Origin: Thermoplasmata archaeon
Lineage (GTDB): Archaea; Thermoplasmatota; Thermoplasmata; Thermoplasmatales; Thermoplasmataceae
Assembly (NCBI GenBank): GCA_021817255.1
Contig: JAKAVO010000001.1
Location: 42,536-106,535, forward strand
Direction: 5' to 3'
DNA: 64,000 nt
Within the stretch, counting starts at the first letter, position 1, and every line of letters begins with the position of its first letter. A program made the translations under genes and the position numbers. The notes under the pieces are model-generated. The model was given only the letters and a program-made list of their open reading frames with translations, was not told where the DNA came from and made no database searches. Positions 31,947-40,976 of the stretch are shown in pieces.

Positions 31947-32257
31947 TGGGCTTTCAGGAGATTAAAGAGGAAGTGGTTTCAAGGAAGCTCCTCAATTATT
32001 CGGAGGAGATATATTCCAAAAAACCGGTTATTAATGAAATGCTCATCGGGCTTTCAAGAAAAAATTTCTTTCTGGCAGAAGTTAGTGATTATAGTGAAAG
32101 TTTTGACGCTAGGGCACTTTCTATTTATCTGGAATCCCTCCTTAATGGCAAGGGAAGCGAACAGGGGCAGAAATTGTATTATGAAGATCACTTTGACAGG
32201 ATAATCAATCTCTCAATAGACTGGGTTAAAACAAACGTAAAAAAAAATAAAGCCTGA
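31946..32257 (+). CDS. Hypothetical protein
   Basis: 103-aa ORF whose start overlaps the nrdJ stop (TAGTG). Confidence 0.55.
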   Translation: MGFQEIKEEVVSRKLLNYSEEIYSKKPVINEMLIGLSRKNFFLAEVSDYSESFDARALSIYLESLLNGKGSEQGQKLYYEDHFDRIINLSIDWVKTNVKKNKA

Positions 32258-32315
32258 ACAACTAAAAATTATAACACAGGCAAAAAGAAAATCTTTATAG
32301 TGCTTAACTCATTCA

Positions 32316-32807
32316 TTGACATTGGCAATTGATTCATTCCTGAACAACAATGTTACAGTCGTATACGACGGAAACATGACACGCCTAGTTTGTACGCTTC
32401 TAATGTACGATGACGTGGGCATAATGGTTGTATACAGAAACCATAAAATGTTCATACCATGGAGATTCATAGAGGAGATAAGAGAAGTTACAGACCCGGA
32501 CAGAATAGAAGACGCAAAAAAAATTAAGGAAGAGAGCCGGGGAAAAACCAGTCCAATATTTATTTATTCATTAACAACTATGTTCATAGGAGGCCTTGTT
32601 ACTTATCTCGCTTACACATTCCTTAGCAACATTCCGCAATACGGTTTTCAAAGGGGAGTAACGGCTGCTATTGCTTCACCTATTATTGTAGTAGGCATTC
32701 TGGGAACATTTCTTGCTATGTTGTCTGGAAAAACGAAGATTGCCACAATTCTTTCAACGGTTTCTGTAATAGCCGTTGTAGTAATTTTAATATTTTTTGG
32801 TTCATAA
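32316..32807 (+). CDS. Hypothetical protein: putative Sm/Hfq-like N-terminal domain + 3 TM helices
   Basis: Beta-strand pattern VTVVYDG...LLMYDD...FIPWRFIEEI followed by hydrophobic helices. Confidence 0.55.
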   Translation: MTLAIDSFLNNNVTVVYDGNMTRLVCTLLMYDDVGIMVVYRNHKMFIPWRFIEEIREVTDPDRIEDAKKIKEESRGKTSPIFIYSLTTMFIGGLVTYLAYTFLSNIPQYGFQRGVTAAIASPIIVVGILGTFLAMLSGKTKIATILSTVSVIAVVVILIFFGS

Positions 32808-32817
32808 GAATTAGTTT

Positions 32818-33507
32818 TTAGGAAGATTCAGGTTTGTTGAGGTTTTTCAGCCCATACGTTGAAAAAGCGTAGACCAGGATGAAGGACAGGATAAAGAACG
32901 GTACTATAAGGAGTTCATCAATTTGCTTAATGGTTTCAATGTACCAGAATGCTGAGAATGATAATAAGAGTGAGGAGACGACAACTTTCATTATGGCCTG
33001 CTTAACTTTCCTTATCTGTGAACGCAGTATGATTGAAAAAACAATTACTATGGCTATGCCAAGAAATATCCCATAAGCTGTGGAAGAGTAACTCTCAGGA
33101 TAAAGGCCTACCAGGACTATTGCCGCCTCGAATGCTTCTATCACTCCGGCGGTATAAGCTGTTAAAGAGACGCCAGAATCTGAAGGCTCTTCTTTATGCG
33201 ACTTTGGAAAGCTTTTGAGATGCTGAAATTTCATTGACCTTTTCGCACTCTTGGCCAGTCTCTGTGCAAAATAGAGAAGCAAAGTCGCCGAAACAATCCT
33301 CACATAGATTAGAGGAAGAAGGGAAATTGCACTTCCAATGAATGCAGTAGGAATAAGTACCGTAATAACGCCAAGGGACGCAGCAAACAGTGGCATATTG
33401 CTCTTAGCGTCAACCGCTAGGGACATGGAAATTGCAGAAGCCTCTGACATCTCAAGCACAATTATTCCTGTAGCTGCAAGGAATATTGCAGGATCAAAAT
33501 ACAACAC
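32818..33507 (-). CDS. Membrane protein, COG4280/FTR1-like putative metal transporter
   Basis: Two-repeat TM architecture with ExxEA motifs (LEMSEA, IEAFEA). Confidence 0.65.
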   Translation of the reverse strand: MLYFDPAIFLAATGIIVLEMSEASAISMSLAVDAKSNMPLFAASLGVITVLIPTAFIGSAISLLPLIYVRIVSATLLLYFAQRLAKSAKRSMKFQHLKSFPKSHKEEPSDSGVSLTAYTAGVIEAFEAAIVLVGLYPESYSSTAYGIFLGIAIVIVFSIILRSQIRKVKQAIMKVVVSSLLLSFSAFWYIETIKQIDELLIVPFFILSFILVYAFSTYGLKNLNKPESS

Positions 33508-33546
33508 AGACCCTTATTTATCCACAATTAAAAAGTTTTTATGTAG

Positions 33547-33684
33547 ATGCCGCATGACATAACAGTGTGTTCAGACTGTTTTGAGGAGGAATGCAAATGC
33601 GAATATTGTATGGAATACAGGCATCAGCAGGCCTGCCCTAAATGTGGCCATCTGCTATTCCTTGACTGCTGCCAGGGGTTTTGA
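33547..33684 (+). CDS. Small Cys-rich protein (45 aa, 9 Cys), putative Zn-finger/metal-binding
   Basis: Manual translation MPHDITVCSDCFEEECKCEYCMEYRHQQACPKCGHLLFLDCCQGF, containing a CPxCG motif. Confidence 0.6.
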   Translation: MPHDITVCSDCFEEECKCEYCMEYRHQQACPKCGHLLFLDCCQGF

Positions 33685-33909
33685 CAATAATTATTTTTAA
33701 GCTTATCAAGAATCCCGGGGAACAGAATTTCAAGAGCCAAGTGATGAAAAATATAGAGGGCAAACGGAAAAATAGCGCCCAGCCATATTGGACCATTTGC
33801 ATAAACCAAGTTCTGGCAACTTTAGCAAACTACTGAGCCAATCTGGAGAGCTCTTATTGAAAACAATCAAAAAAATAAATAAGGTTTGCAACATTGGAGT
33901 TAAAAAGGA

Positions 33910-33994
33910 GCAGAGGTTGTCGAGATTGGTCAAAGGCGCCAGATTGAGGGTCTGGTTCCGTAGGGATACGAGGGTTCAAATCCCTCCCTCTGCA
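33910..33994 (+). tRNA. tRNA-Leu (anticodon GAG)
   Basis: Acceptor stem GCAGAGG/CCTCTGC+A; anticodon arm CCAGA-TTGAGGG-TCTGG; long variable arm; T-loop GGTTCAAATCC; no encoded CCA. Confidence 0.95.
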
Positions 33995-34101
33995 TTAATT
34001 TGCCTTTAGTTGCTATAAGGCTTATCTCTTAAAAAAATTATTGCAAACTCTTTATTTTCAAATAGAAAGCGAAAATTGCAAATGCGGATAATCGCATTGA
34101 T

Positions 34102-34251
34102 TCATTGCTTGTCAAGCTTCTTTTTCAGGTCGTTAATTTCATTCTGTATGTTTTTGTCCTTAGGATTTCTTTTGGCCTTCACTTCCAGTTCCTCAATCTT
34201 TGATTCCAAACTTTTTTTCTTTCTTGTAAGATCTCTTTTGCTCAGTCCCAT
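34102..34251 (-). CDS. Small basic coiled-coil protein (49 aa)
   Basis: Manual translation MGLSKRDLTRKKKSLESKIEELEVKAKRNPKDKNIQNEINDLKKKLDKQ; helix-turn(NP)-helix pattern; AT-rich TATA-like sequence upstream. Confidence 0.7.
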   Translation of the reverse strand: MGLSKRDLTRKKKSLESKIEELEVKAKRNPKDKNIQNEINDLKKKLDKQ

Positions 34252-34376
34252 ATGAACTAATTTAATCAGATAAAATAAATATTTGCATTTATAAGATAAA
34301 GAAAAATATCCATGAAACTATAAAGCTGTAGGCTGCAAAGCAATAATCTTTTACACATAAAACTAATTGCGTTGTT

Positions 34377-36764
34377 ATGGAGATTCTAAACTACTGGATA
34401 AAACTGGAATACGATCATGTTAACAAAACATACACGGGAAAGGAAAAAATAAAAATGGAAGGAAAAGCGGACAGGCTCGTTTTAAACACCTCTGAACAGA
34501 AAATAAGCCGGATTGCAATAGATGGAAATAACGTGGACCTTCTCAATGGCAGAAGAGATGATGAAAAGGTAATTGAAACAAAGCTGAATGGGCAATCCCT
34601 TATGGAGATAGAATTTTCCTCAAAATTAAATGATGCACTTACAGGGCTCTACCTGGCAAAATCTTCAGATGGTTCTGAAATGGCAACATCACAATTTGAA
34701 TCCATAGGTGCGAGAAGGGCTTTTCCATGTTTTGACAACCCATTAATGAAGGCTACATTTGACATAGAGATTACAACAGCCTCTGATCTTGATATCATAT
34801 CGAACATGCCGGAAAAGGAGGTCGTAAAATCTGGAAATGTAAAAACTGTAAAATTCCAGACAACACCAAGAATGTCCACATATCTCGTATATATAGGCAT
34901 AGGCAAATTCCAGAGCATGGAGAGTAGCTTTGAAAATGTGAAAATATATCTTACGGGGCTCAGGAACAATTTAGACACAACTGACTTCCCCCTCAAGATG
35001 GCAGCACAGTCACTTGAGTTTTTCAACGAATATTTTGGCATAAAATATGTGCTTCCAAAGATGCATCTCATATCCGTTCCCGAATTTGCAGCTGGTGCGA
35101 TGGAAAACTGGGGCGCAATAACGTTCAGGGAGGTTGCGCTGCTTGTGAACAAAAGCACAGGGGGTGCTACAAAGAAAAGGGTTGCTGCTGTTATAGCGCA
35201 CGAAATTGCACACCAATGGTTCGGGAATCTGGTTACAATGAAATGGTGGAATGATCTATGGCTGAATGAAAGCTTTGCAACATTCATGATGTATAAAGTG
35301 GTAGAAAATTACTATCCTGAATGGAAGGTTACAGGCGATATGCTCATGAGCAGGGGGAGAGGCGCATTCACCGATGACTCACTGGAAAGCACGCACCCAA
35401 TAGAAGCAAACGTTAAGGAGCCGGAAGAAATTGAGCAGATATTCGATCAGATAAGCTATGGAAAAGGTGGAATGATTCTGAGAATGATAGAATCCTACGC
35501 GGGAAAAGACAACTTCAGGAACGGCCTGCATAAATATCTTGAAAAATTCTCCTATTCAAATGCAGAAGGGCAGGATCTTTGGAAAAGCATAGCTGCATCA
35601 TCTGGCAAACCGGTGGATAAAATAATGGAAGCGTGGGTGAAGAGGGAAGGATACCCTGTATTGAAACTTTCATACCAGCCTGAAAAGATTAAGATTTCAC
35701 AGGCAAGGTTTTACCTTGACGGCAGGGAAGGTGCGGAAATATGGCCTGTACCACTCACAATAAAGAGAGAAAATTCTTTCGAAAGCATTCTTATGGAGGG
35801 AAGGGACATGGCAATCCCAAGAGAAGGATTTCTGAAGCTGAATGTGGAAGAAACAGGGTTTTACCGTGTCCTATATCCGGAAGAGTTTTACATCGATCTT
35901 TCGAAGAATCTGGAAAAACTTGACTATAAGGATCTCATAGGGATCACTTCAGATCTATACGCGTTTGTAATTTCAGGAAAGATAAACATGAATGTGTATC
36001 TTGGCCTGGTGAAATCTTTGTCCGTTTCATCAGAATTATATGTTGTGACACAGGTATCCAACGATCTGTCAGAGTTAAGAAGCATCCTGGGTTCAAACAA
36101 GGAACTGGATGAGGCATACCTCAATTTTCACAGTGATCAGGCAAGGAGGCTCGAATCCCAGAAAACACTTGACGTGAATGATTCCATACTGTACGGAACC
36201 ATAATGAGAAGGCTTGTGGAAGTGGATAATGCAAGATCGAAGGATTTGGCAGAAAGGTTCCAGAACATCGAGAATGAAAAACCGGACATCAGGGATTCTA
36301 TAGCGGTCTCCTTCGCCAGAGAAACCAAAAATCTTGAAGAAATCCAGAGGAAAATGTTCTCCCTGAAGAGTGACGAGGATAAAGTAAAGCTCATAGTTGC
36401 CGCTGGCCACATACCAGGGATGGATGCATTTAATTCAATGTATAAGCTCATAGAGGGGGGAAGGATTAAAAAGCAGGATGCAACATCATACTTCACATCC
36501 TTCGGCTCATACAGGGAAAACAGGGATATCGCCATAAGTGCATTCAGCAAGATGGTGTCAAAGCTTGAGGAATTTTTCAGTGGTTCAGGAACAGCATCAA
36601 ACCTTATTTTTGCACTTACGCCACTGGTTGGACTCAACAGGGTGAAGGAAATGGAAGAACTGCTGGAAAGCATAAAAAATCCGAGAGTGGAAAGAGGGAT
36701 AATGAAGGGTATGGAAAAGCTCAAAATCAACCAGAAACTGCTGGAAAGAATTCAGCCGCAATAA
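34377..36764 (+). CDS. M1 family aminopeptidase (tricorn-interacting factor F2/F3-like)
   Basis: GAMENWG, HEIAHQW..WLNE and SYGKG motifs; ERAP1-like C-terminal domain. Confidence 0.93.
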   Translation: MEILNYWIKLEYDHVNKTYTGKEKIKMEGKADRLVLNTSEQKISRIAIDGNNVDLLNGRRDDEKVIETKLNGQSLMEIEFSSKLNDALTGLYLAKSSDGSEMATSQFESIGARRAFPCFDNPLMKATFDIEITTASDLDIISNMPEKEVVKSGNVKTVKFQTTPRMSTYLVYIGIGKFQSMESSFENVKIYLTGLRNNLDTTDFPLKMAAQSLEFFNEYFGIKYVLPKMHLISVPEFAAGAMENWGAITFREVALLVNKSTGGATKKRVAAVIAHEIAHQWFGNLVTMKWWNDLWLNESFATFMMYKVVENYYPEWKVTGDMLMSRGRGAFTDDSLESTHPIEANVKEPEEIEQIFDQISYGKGGMILRMIESYAGKDNFRNGLHKYLEKFSYSNAEGQDLWKSIAASSGKPVDKIMEAWVKREGYPVLKLSYQPEKIKISQARFYLDGREGAEIWPVPLTIKRENSFESILMEGRDMAIPREGFLKLNVEETGFYRVLYPEEFYIDLSKNLEKLDYKDLIGITSDLYAFVISGKINMNVYLGLVKSLSVSSELYVVTQVSNDLSELRSILGSNKELDEAYLNFHSDQARRLESQKTLDVNDSILYGTIMRRLVEVDNARSKDLAERFQNIENEKPDIRDSIAVSFARETKNLEEIQRKMFSLKSDEDKVKLIVAAGHIPGMDAFNSMYKLIEGGRIKKQDATSYFTSFGSYRENRDIAISAFSKMVSKLEEFFSGSGTASNLIFALTPLVGLNRVKEMEELLESIKNPRVERGIMKGMEKLKINQKLLERIQPQ

Positions 36765-36833
36765 TGCCAGGTGCTTAAAAGTTGCCGGCAGAATAAAAAA
36801 GAAGAAAATTATTAGACATATGGGCATGAAGAC

Positions 36834-37406
36834 ATGGTGGCAAGCATGAGTGGAGTATTAACAAGGAGCCAGAAGAATTTCCTGAACAAACTGATGGAAG
36901 CGTCTTCAGAAAGGCTTGAAGCCTCAGAAAAGTATCTCAAAAACATAGGAAAGGGCGAGATATCTGAACTGAATGTCCAGGAAGCTTCAAGGCTTATAGA
37001 CGAACTTCAGAAGATAAAAGCAGAAGGGGGAAGCATGGGTGGAGGCAGTGGGCCAACCAAAAAGCAGAAAACTTTCATTTCAAATTTGCAGGACAGCGAA
37101 GAAAGAATAGCCTATACAGGGAAGTATCTCAAAAACATAGGAAAGGCAAACGTGGACGAACTCAGTGTTAAGGAGGCATCAGCACTTATTGACGGACTGA
37201 TGGAAAAAAAGGGGGATCCTGATAGAGCCAGGCCACAAACAGATTTTCAGGCTACACCGAAACAGATCAATTATATACGAAACCTGCAGAAGTCTGAAAA
37301 AGATCAGAAGATAGTAGCCGATTTCCTTAAGTCTGCAGGAAAAAAATCACTTGATGAAATTACAAGGACGGAAGCAAGCACAATAATAGAAAAACTCAAA
37401 ATGTGA
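36834..37406 (+). CDS. Hypothetical protein with three tandem ~55-aa helical repeats
   Basis: Three copies of T..Q..(F/Y)..L...L...GK....EL...EAS..I..L; DNA repeat AGTATCTCAAAAACATAGGAAAGG at about 36931 and 37123. Confidence 0.8.
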   Translation: MVASMSGVLTRSQKNFLNKLMEASSERLEASEKYLKNIGKGEISELNVQEASRLIDELQKIKAEGGSMGGGSGPTKKQKTFISNLQDSEERIAYTGKYLKNIGKANVDELSVKEASALIDGLMEKKGDPDRARPQTDFQATPKQINYIRNLQKSEKDQKIVADFLKSAGKKSLDEITRTEASTIIEKLKM

Positions 37407-37487
37407 TAAATAAAATTCTTTAAAATTTAGACGAATTTCTTCTGTTATTCACAGATATGATTTTATTTCCAGTTATCATGGAGTATT

Positions 37488-38060
37488 ATGAAAGGAGTAA
37501 ATGATGCAACAGATTTGATAATTGAAAACAATCCAATGTATTCACTCATGATCAAAAGCGGAATTGTAAATTACACAAGCCTTGCAAGGAAGATAAAGGG
37601 GCAGGTGGAATCGATGATTGGCAGGGAGGTAAAGTTGAATACCCTTGTCAAATATATAACGTCCATAACACCAAGTGAAAGGGATGATTATCAGATCAAT
37701 TACCTTAAAAAGGCCAATCTTGATGTGGAGTTTAAGTTTGCCGAGAAAGAGGGAAAGAAATTTGACCCTGAACAGGAAGACGTTTTCCTTGTCTATAAAA
37801 CACTTGACGGGTTCAAGTTTCTTGTAAGAAACGATCCTGCAGGGAACCTTGCATGCATTAGGATCACTCTTCCAAAGGAAGCCAAAAAAGCTCCGGGGAT
37901 AACACTTTTTGTTGTGGAATTCCTCAGCATGCAACAGATTTCAATCGAAAAGATATACAGGTTCGACCTGGAAATTATTATTGTGGTGGCAGTGGATGTG
38001 GCAAGCAAGGTAATAGCAAGCCTGAGCGATCTGATCTTCAAATCCTATCCAAAGGTCTGA
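37488..38060 (+). CDS. Archaeal HTH + ACT-like protein (putative regulator)
   Basis: GIVNYTSLARKI N-terminal helix motif; C-terminal PGIT..V...LS...ISI ACT-like fold. Confidence 0.6.
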   Translation: MKGVNDATDLIIENNPMYSLMIKSGIVNYTSLARKIKGQVESMIGREVKLNTLVKYITSITPSERDDYQINYLKKANLDVEFKFAEKEGKKFDPEQEDVFLVYKTLDGFKFLVRNDPAGNLACIRITLPKEAKKAPGITLFVVEFLSMQQISIEKIYRFDLEIIIVVAVDVASKVIASLSDLIFKSYPKV

Positions 38061-38167
38061 AAAGGCAGGAATTTTTCCCATTTTTGTTAATGTCCGCTAA
38101 ATTTTTATAGGGATTTTATTACTAAAAATAATTTTTTATAAATTAAAAATTTAATACAAAGCACATA

Positions 38168-38992
38168 TTGGGCATTGTGCAACTTTCCGATTTACACAGC
38201 AGGCAGAAGCTGATCAAGTCAGTTGAAATCGTTCCAAAGAGAGACTTCAATATCGGAGATCTGCTTGAGTGCAGGGAAGTTTTCAGTGACATTGCTGATA
38301 TGATGACCGCACCTGAGAACCAGATGGGAAAACCAGGAATAGATCCGCTCGTTGCACTGTATATACTGACACAGGGCACAAATGTTGTTGCAATGCCCCA
38401 CATCACACCCAGAGACAAAAATTCCCTTTATATATCCTCCCAGATTCTAACTTCACTGAAATTGGGAATAAAGAATTTCTTCGTAATTGCCGGCGACCCA
38501 ATTTCAGCTGAAAGAAATATAAAGGAAGTCAGGGAAATGGACACAAACCAGACAATAAACCACATCCGAAACATAGCACTGGACATGAATCAGGGATCAG
38601 AAGTCACTATTGGAGGGGCCTTCAACCCGAACAGAACTGCAGAGGAAGAAATAGTCAGATCAAAGGTGAATTCCGGAGCTACCATGTTCATCAGCCAGAT
38701 GTGCTATAGCAGCGAACCTTTCAAACAGAAGTGGATCAGGGATAGAAAATTCAAGCTTTCCATTGGATTTATGCCCATTCTTAAGAAAGGGAGAATCAAA
38801 TCTTTAAGGGAGATGGGAGTGGAATTGCCAGAAAATGTGAGGTCTATACTTGAAAATTCAGAAAATCTCAGGGAAACATCCTTAAAACTTATAGCTGCCC
38901 TTATGGATGATCTGAAAGGATATGTTGATGGAATTCATATTATGCCACTTGGAAATAACGGAATTGCAAAAGAAATATTGGAGATTTTATAA
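38168..38992 (+). CDS. metF: Methylenetetrahydrofolate reductase
   Basis: EIVP, PHITPRD.N, AGDP, GATMFISQ and GIHIM motifs. Confidence 0.85.
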   Translation: MGIVQLSDLHSRQKLIKSVEIVPKRDFNIGDLLECREVFSDIADMMTAPENQMGKPGIDPLVALYILTQGTNVVAMPHITPRDKNSLYISSQILTSLKLGIKNFFVIAGDPISAERNIKEVREMDTNQTINHIRNIALDMNQGSEVTIGGAFNPNRTAEEEIVRSKVNSGATMFISQMCYSSEPFKQKWIRDRKFKLSIGFMPILKKGRIKSLREMGVELPENVRSILENSENLRETSLKLIAALMDDLKGYVDGIHIMPLGNNGIAKEILEIL

Positions 38993-39892
38993 ATGGAAGT
39001 TACAACGTTTGTATATGGAATTTACCCGAGAAGCGACAGATTGAGACTGGATTATGGAAGATTTGAAAGAGGGCTCCTCACATCGGAGAAATTGAAAACA
39101 ATAATTAAAGAGGAAAAGGATCGTTTTTATGATCTCACTGATGGAATCGGCATGGTCACAGATCCCCTCTTTAACTGGTATGACATTTTCAGGCCGGTAG
39201 CCCTCTCAGTGGAAGGGATCAACCTTGGGCCTTTGAGAAGATACGGAGAGACAAACACATTTTACAGGGAACCAATAATAGCTGGAAAGGGGGGTTTAAG
39301 ATTTAATGCCCTGAGTGACCATGAATTCAATGAGAACCCACCGTTCCCTATGTTCTACTGGGGTTCCAGGAATATTCTGCCTATTTTCCCGTCACCAGTC
39401 GCAATGTATAATATGTCTTTCACTGACAGAAATGTTAACTTGCATGAGTTTTCAGAGAATTTACTGGAGATTTACGCTAAGCTTGCAGACGAAATTGGAT
39501 CGAAAAACATAGTTATATTTTCACCAAAGATAGGAGAACATGAAATAGAAGAGATAGAAAACATTGGCCCAAAACATGGGATTATACTGGTGTCTCCAGG
39601 AGGGATAGGCAAAAGTGATTTTGACAACACGAGTTTAAAATTCCATTCAATCATTGTGAACAATATCAGGGATCTTGAATTAGCAGCAAACCACTCCAGG
39701 ATGCCAGGACTGGGAATCCTGGACGCACACAATACACGTGTGGAAACCAAAGAAGAGATCAAGAAGCACGTGGAAGCAATAGAAAATACAGGAATTTTGA
39801 AGAATATAGTATTGACACATAACGACTATATGGATTTCCTTCCAAGGTCAATAGCCGATAGAAAAGTAAAGATCCTCCAGGAGGTGAATTAA
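38993..39892 (+). CDS. Cobalamin-independent methionine synthase, N-terminal (folate-binding) half of split MetE
   Basis: GIYPRS, TDPLFNWYD, RRYGETNTFYREP and DAHNTRVE motifs; lacks Zn ligands; abuts metE. Confidence 0.8.
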   Translation: MEVTTFVYGIYPRSDRLRLDYGRFERGLLTSEKLKTIIKEEKDRFYDLTDGIGMVTDPLFNWYDIFRPVALSVEGINLGPLRRYGETNTFYREPIIAGKGGLRFNALSDHEFNENPPFPMFYWGSRNILPIFPSPVAMYNMSFTDRNVNLHEFSENLLEIYAKLADEIGSKNIVIFSPKIGEHEIEEIENIGPKHGIILVSPGGIGKSDFDNTSLKFHSIIVNNIRDLELAANHSRMPGLGILDAHNTRVETKEEIKKHVEAIENTGILKNIVLTHNDYMDFLPRSIADRKVKILQEVN

Positions 39893-40924
39893 ATGGAAAG
39901 CAGTTTCATTACGCAGGAAATAGGAAGTTTCAGAAAACCACAGTATCTCAGTGGAAAATTTCATTCTGTAGAGGGAACAGAGGAGTATGCAAAGCTTTGC
40001 CAGAAAGCAACTGTTGAAACACTGGAAACTTTTGATCAGGCCGGGCTCCAGAATGTTGGCGTAGGCGGGGAGATGTTTCGCTGGGAAATGTATGAACATT
40101 TTGCCAAGAGAGTTTCAAACATAGAATTTTATGGACTGGTCAGGTCTTTTGACAACAGGTATTATAAGAAGGGAAGTGTGATGGGGGAATTGAAAAGAAC
40201 AGGGCCATTCCACCTTCAGGAACTTGAATATCTGCTTAAATTAACACAGAAACCACTGAAAGTCCCTATAACAGGGGCATACACAATGATGGAATGGTCA
40301 TTTAATGAACATTACAGGAGCAGAAGGGAACTGGCCATGAAATTTGCCGAACTGATACAAGAAGAAATTGCAGATCTGCAGGAAGCATGGAAACGGTCTG
40401 GAAGGAAAGAAAAGCTTGAAATACAGATTGATGAACCAGCCGCAACCACACACCCTTCGGAAATGGATATTGTTGTGGATTCAATGAACGCATCCCTCGA
40501 TAAATTCAAAGGCATAGAATTTACGCTTCACGTTTGTTACAGCAAGGATTACAGGATCCTTTATGACAGAATACCGGAAATGGGATTCCACGGCTATAAC
40601 CTGGAATATGCGAACAGAGACTCCCTTTCTGTTAATAATAAGATCAGGGAAGGATATGAAGACTTAAGGCACTTTAACAGCATAAACGAAACCCTTTCGG
40701 AAAAAAGGTTTATCGGGCTTGGAGTTACAGACGTGCATATAGATACAATCGAATCTGAGGAACTCATTGAGAAGAGGATAGAATACGCTCTGGGCATTCT
40801 TCAGGATCCAAAACTCCTCAGGATCAACCCGGATTGTGGACTAAGAACCCGATCAAGGGAAGTTGGATATAGAAAACTCCTGAACATGGTCGAGGCAACG
40901 AAAGCAGTCGATAAGAAGATATGA
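39893..40924 (+). CDS. metE: Cobalamin-independent methionine synthase, catalytic (Zn) half
   Basis: EIGSFRKP, QIDEPA, HVC, LEYA and NPDCGLRT Zn-binding motifs. Confidence 0.9.
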   Translation: MESSFITQEIGSFRKPQYLSGKFHSVEGTEEYAKLCQKATVETLETFDQAGLQNVGVGGEMFRWEMYEHFAKRVSNIEFYGLVRSFDNRYYKKGSVMGELKRTGPFHLQELEYLLKLTQKPLKVPITGAYTMMEWSFNEHYRSRRELAMKFAELIQEEIADLQEAWKRSGRKEKLEIQIDEPAATTHPSEMDIVVDSMNASLDKFKGIEFTLHVCYSKDYRILYDRIPEMGFHGYNLEYANRDSLSVNNKIREGYEDLRHFNSINETLSEKRFIGLGVTDVHIDTIESEELIEKRIEYALGILQDPKLLRINPDCGLRTRSREVGYRKLLNMVEATKAVDKKI

Positions 40925-40976
40925 TTGTCCAGACCTGGAATTAATTAACAATCAAAATTTATATGCTAAACTACTA

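Noticed and set aside
33910-34100. tRNA-Leu as an integration site
   Set aside because: No integrase and no duplicated tRNA 3' end seen in the window
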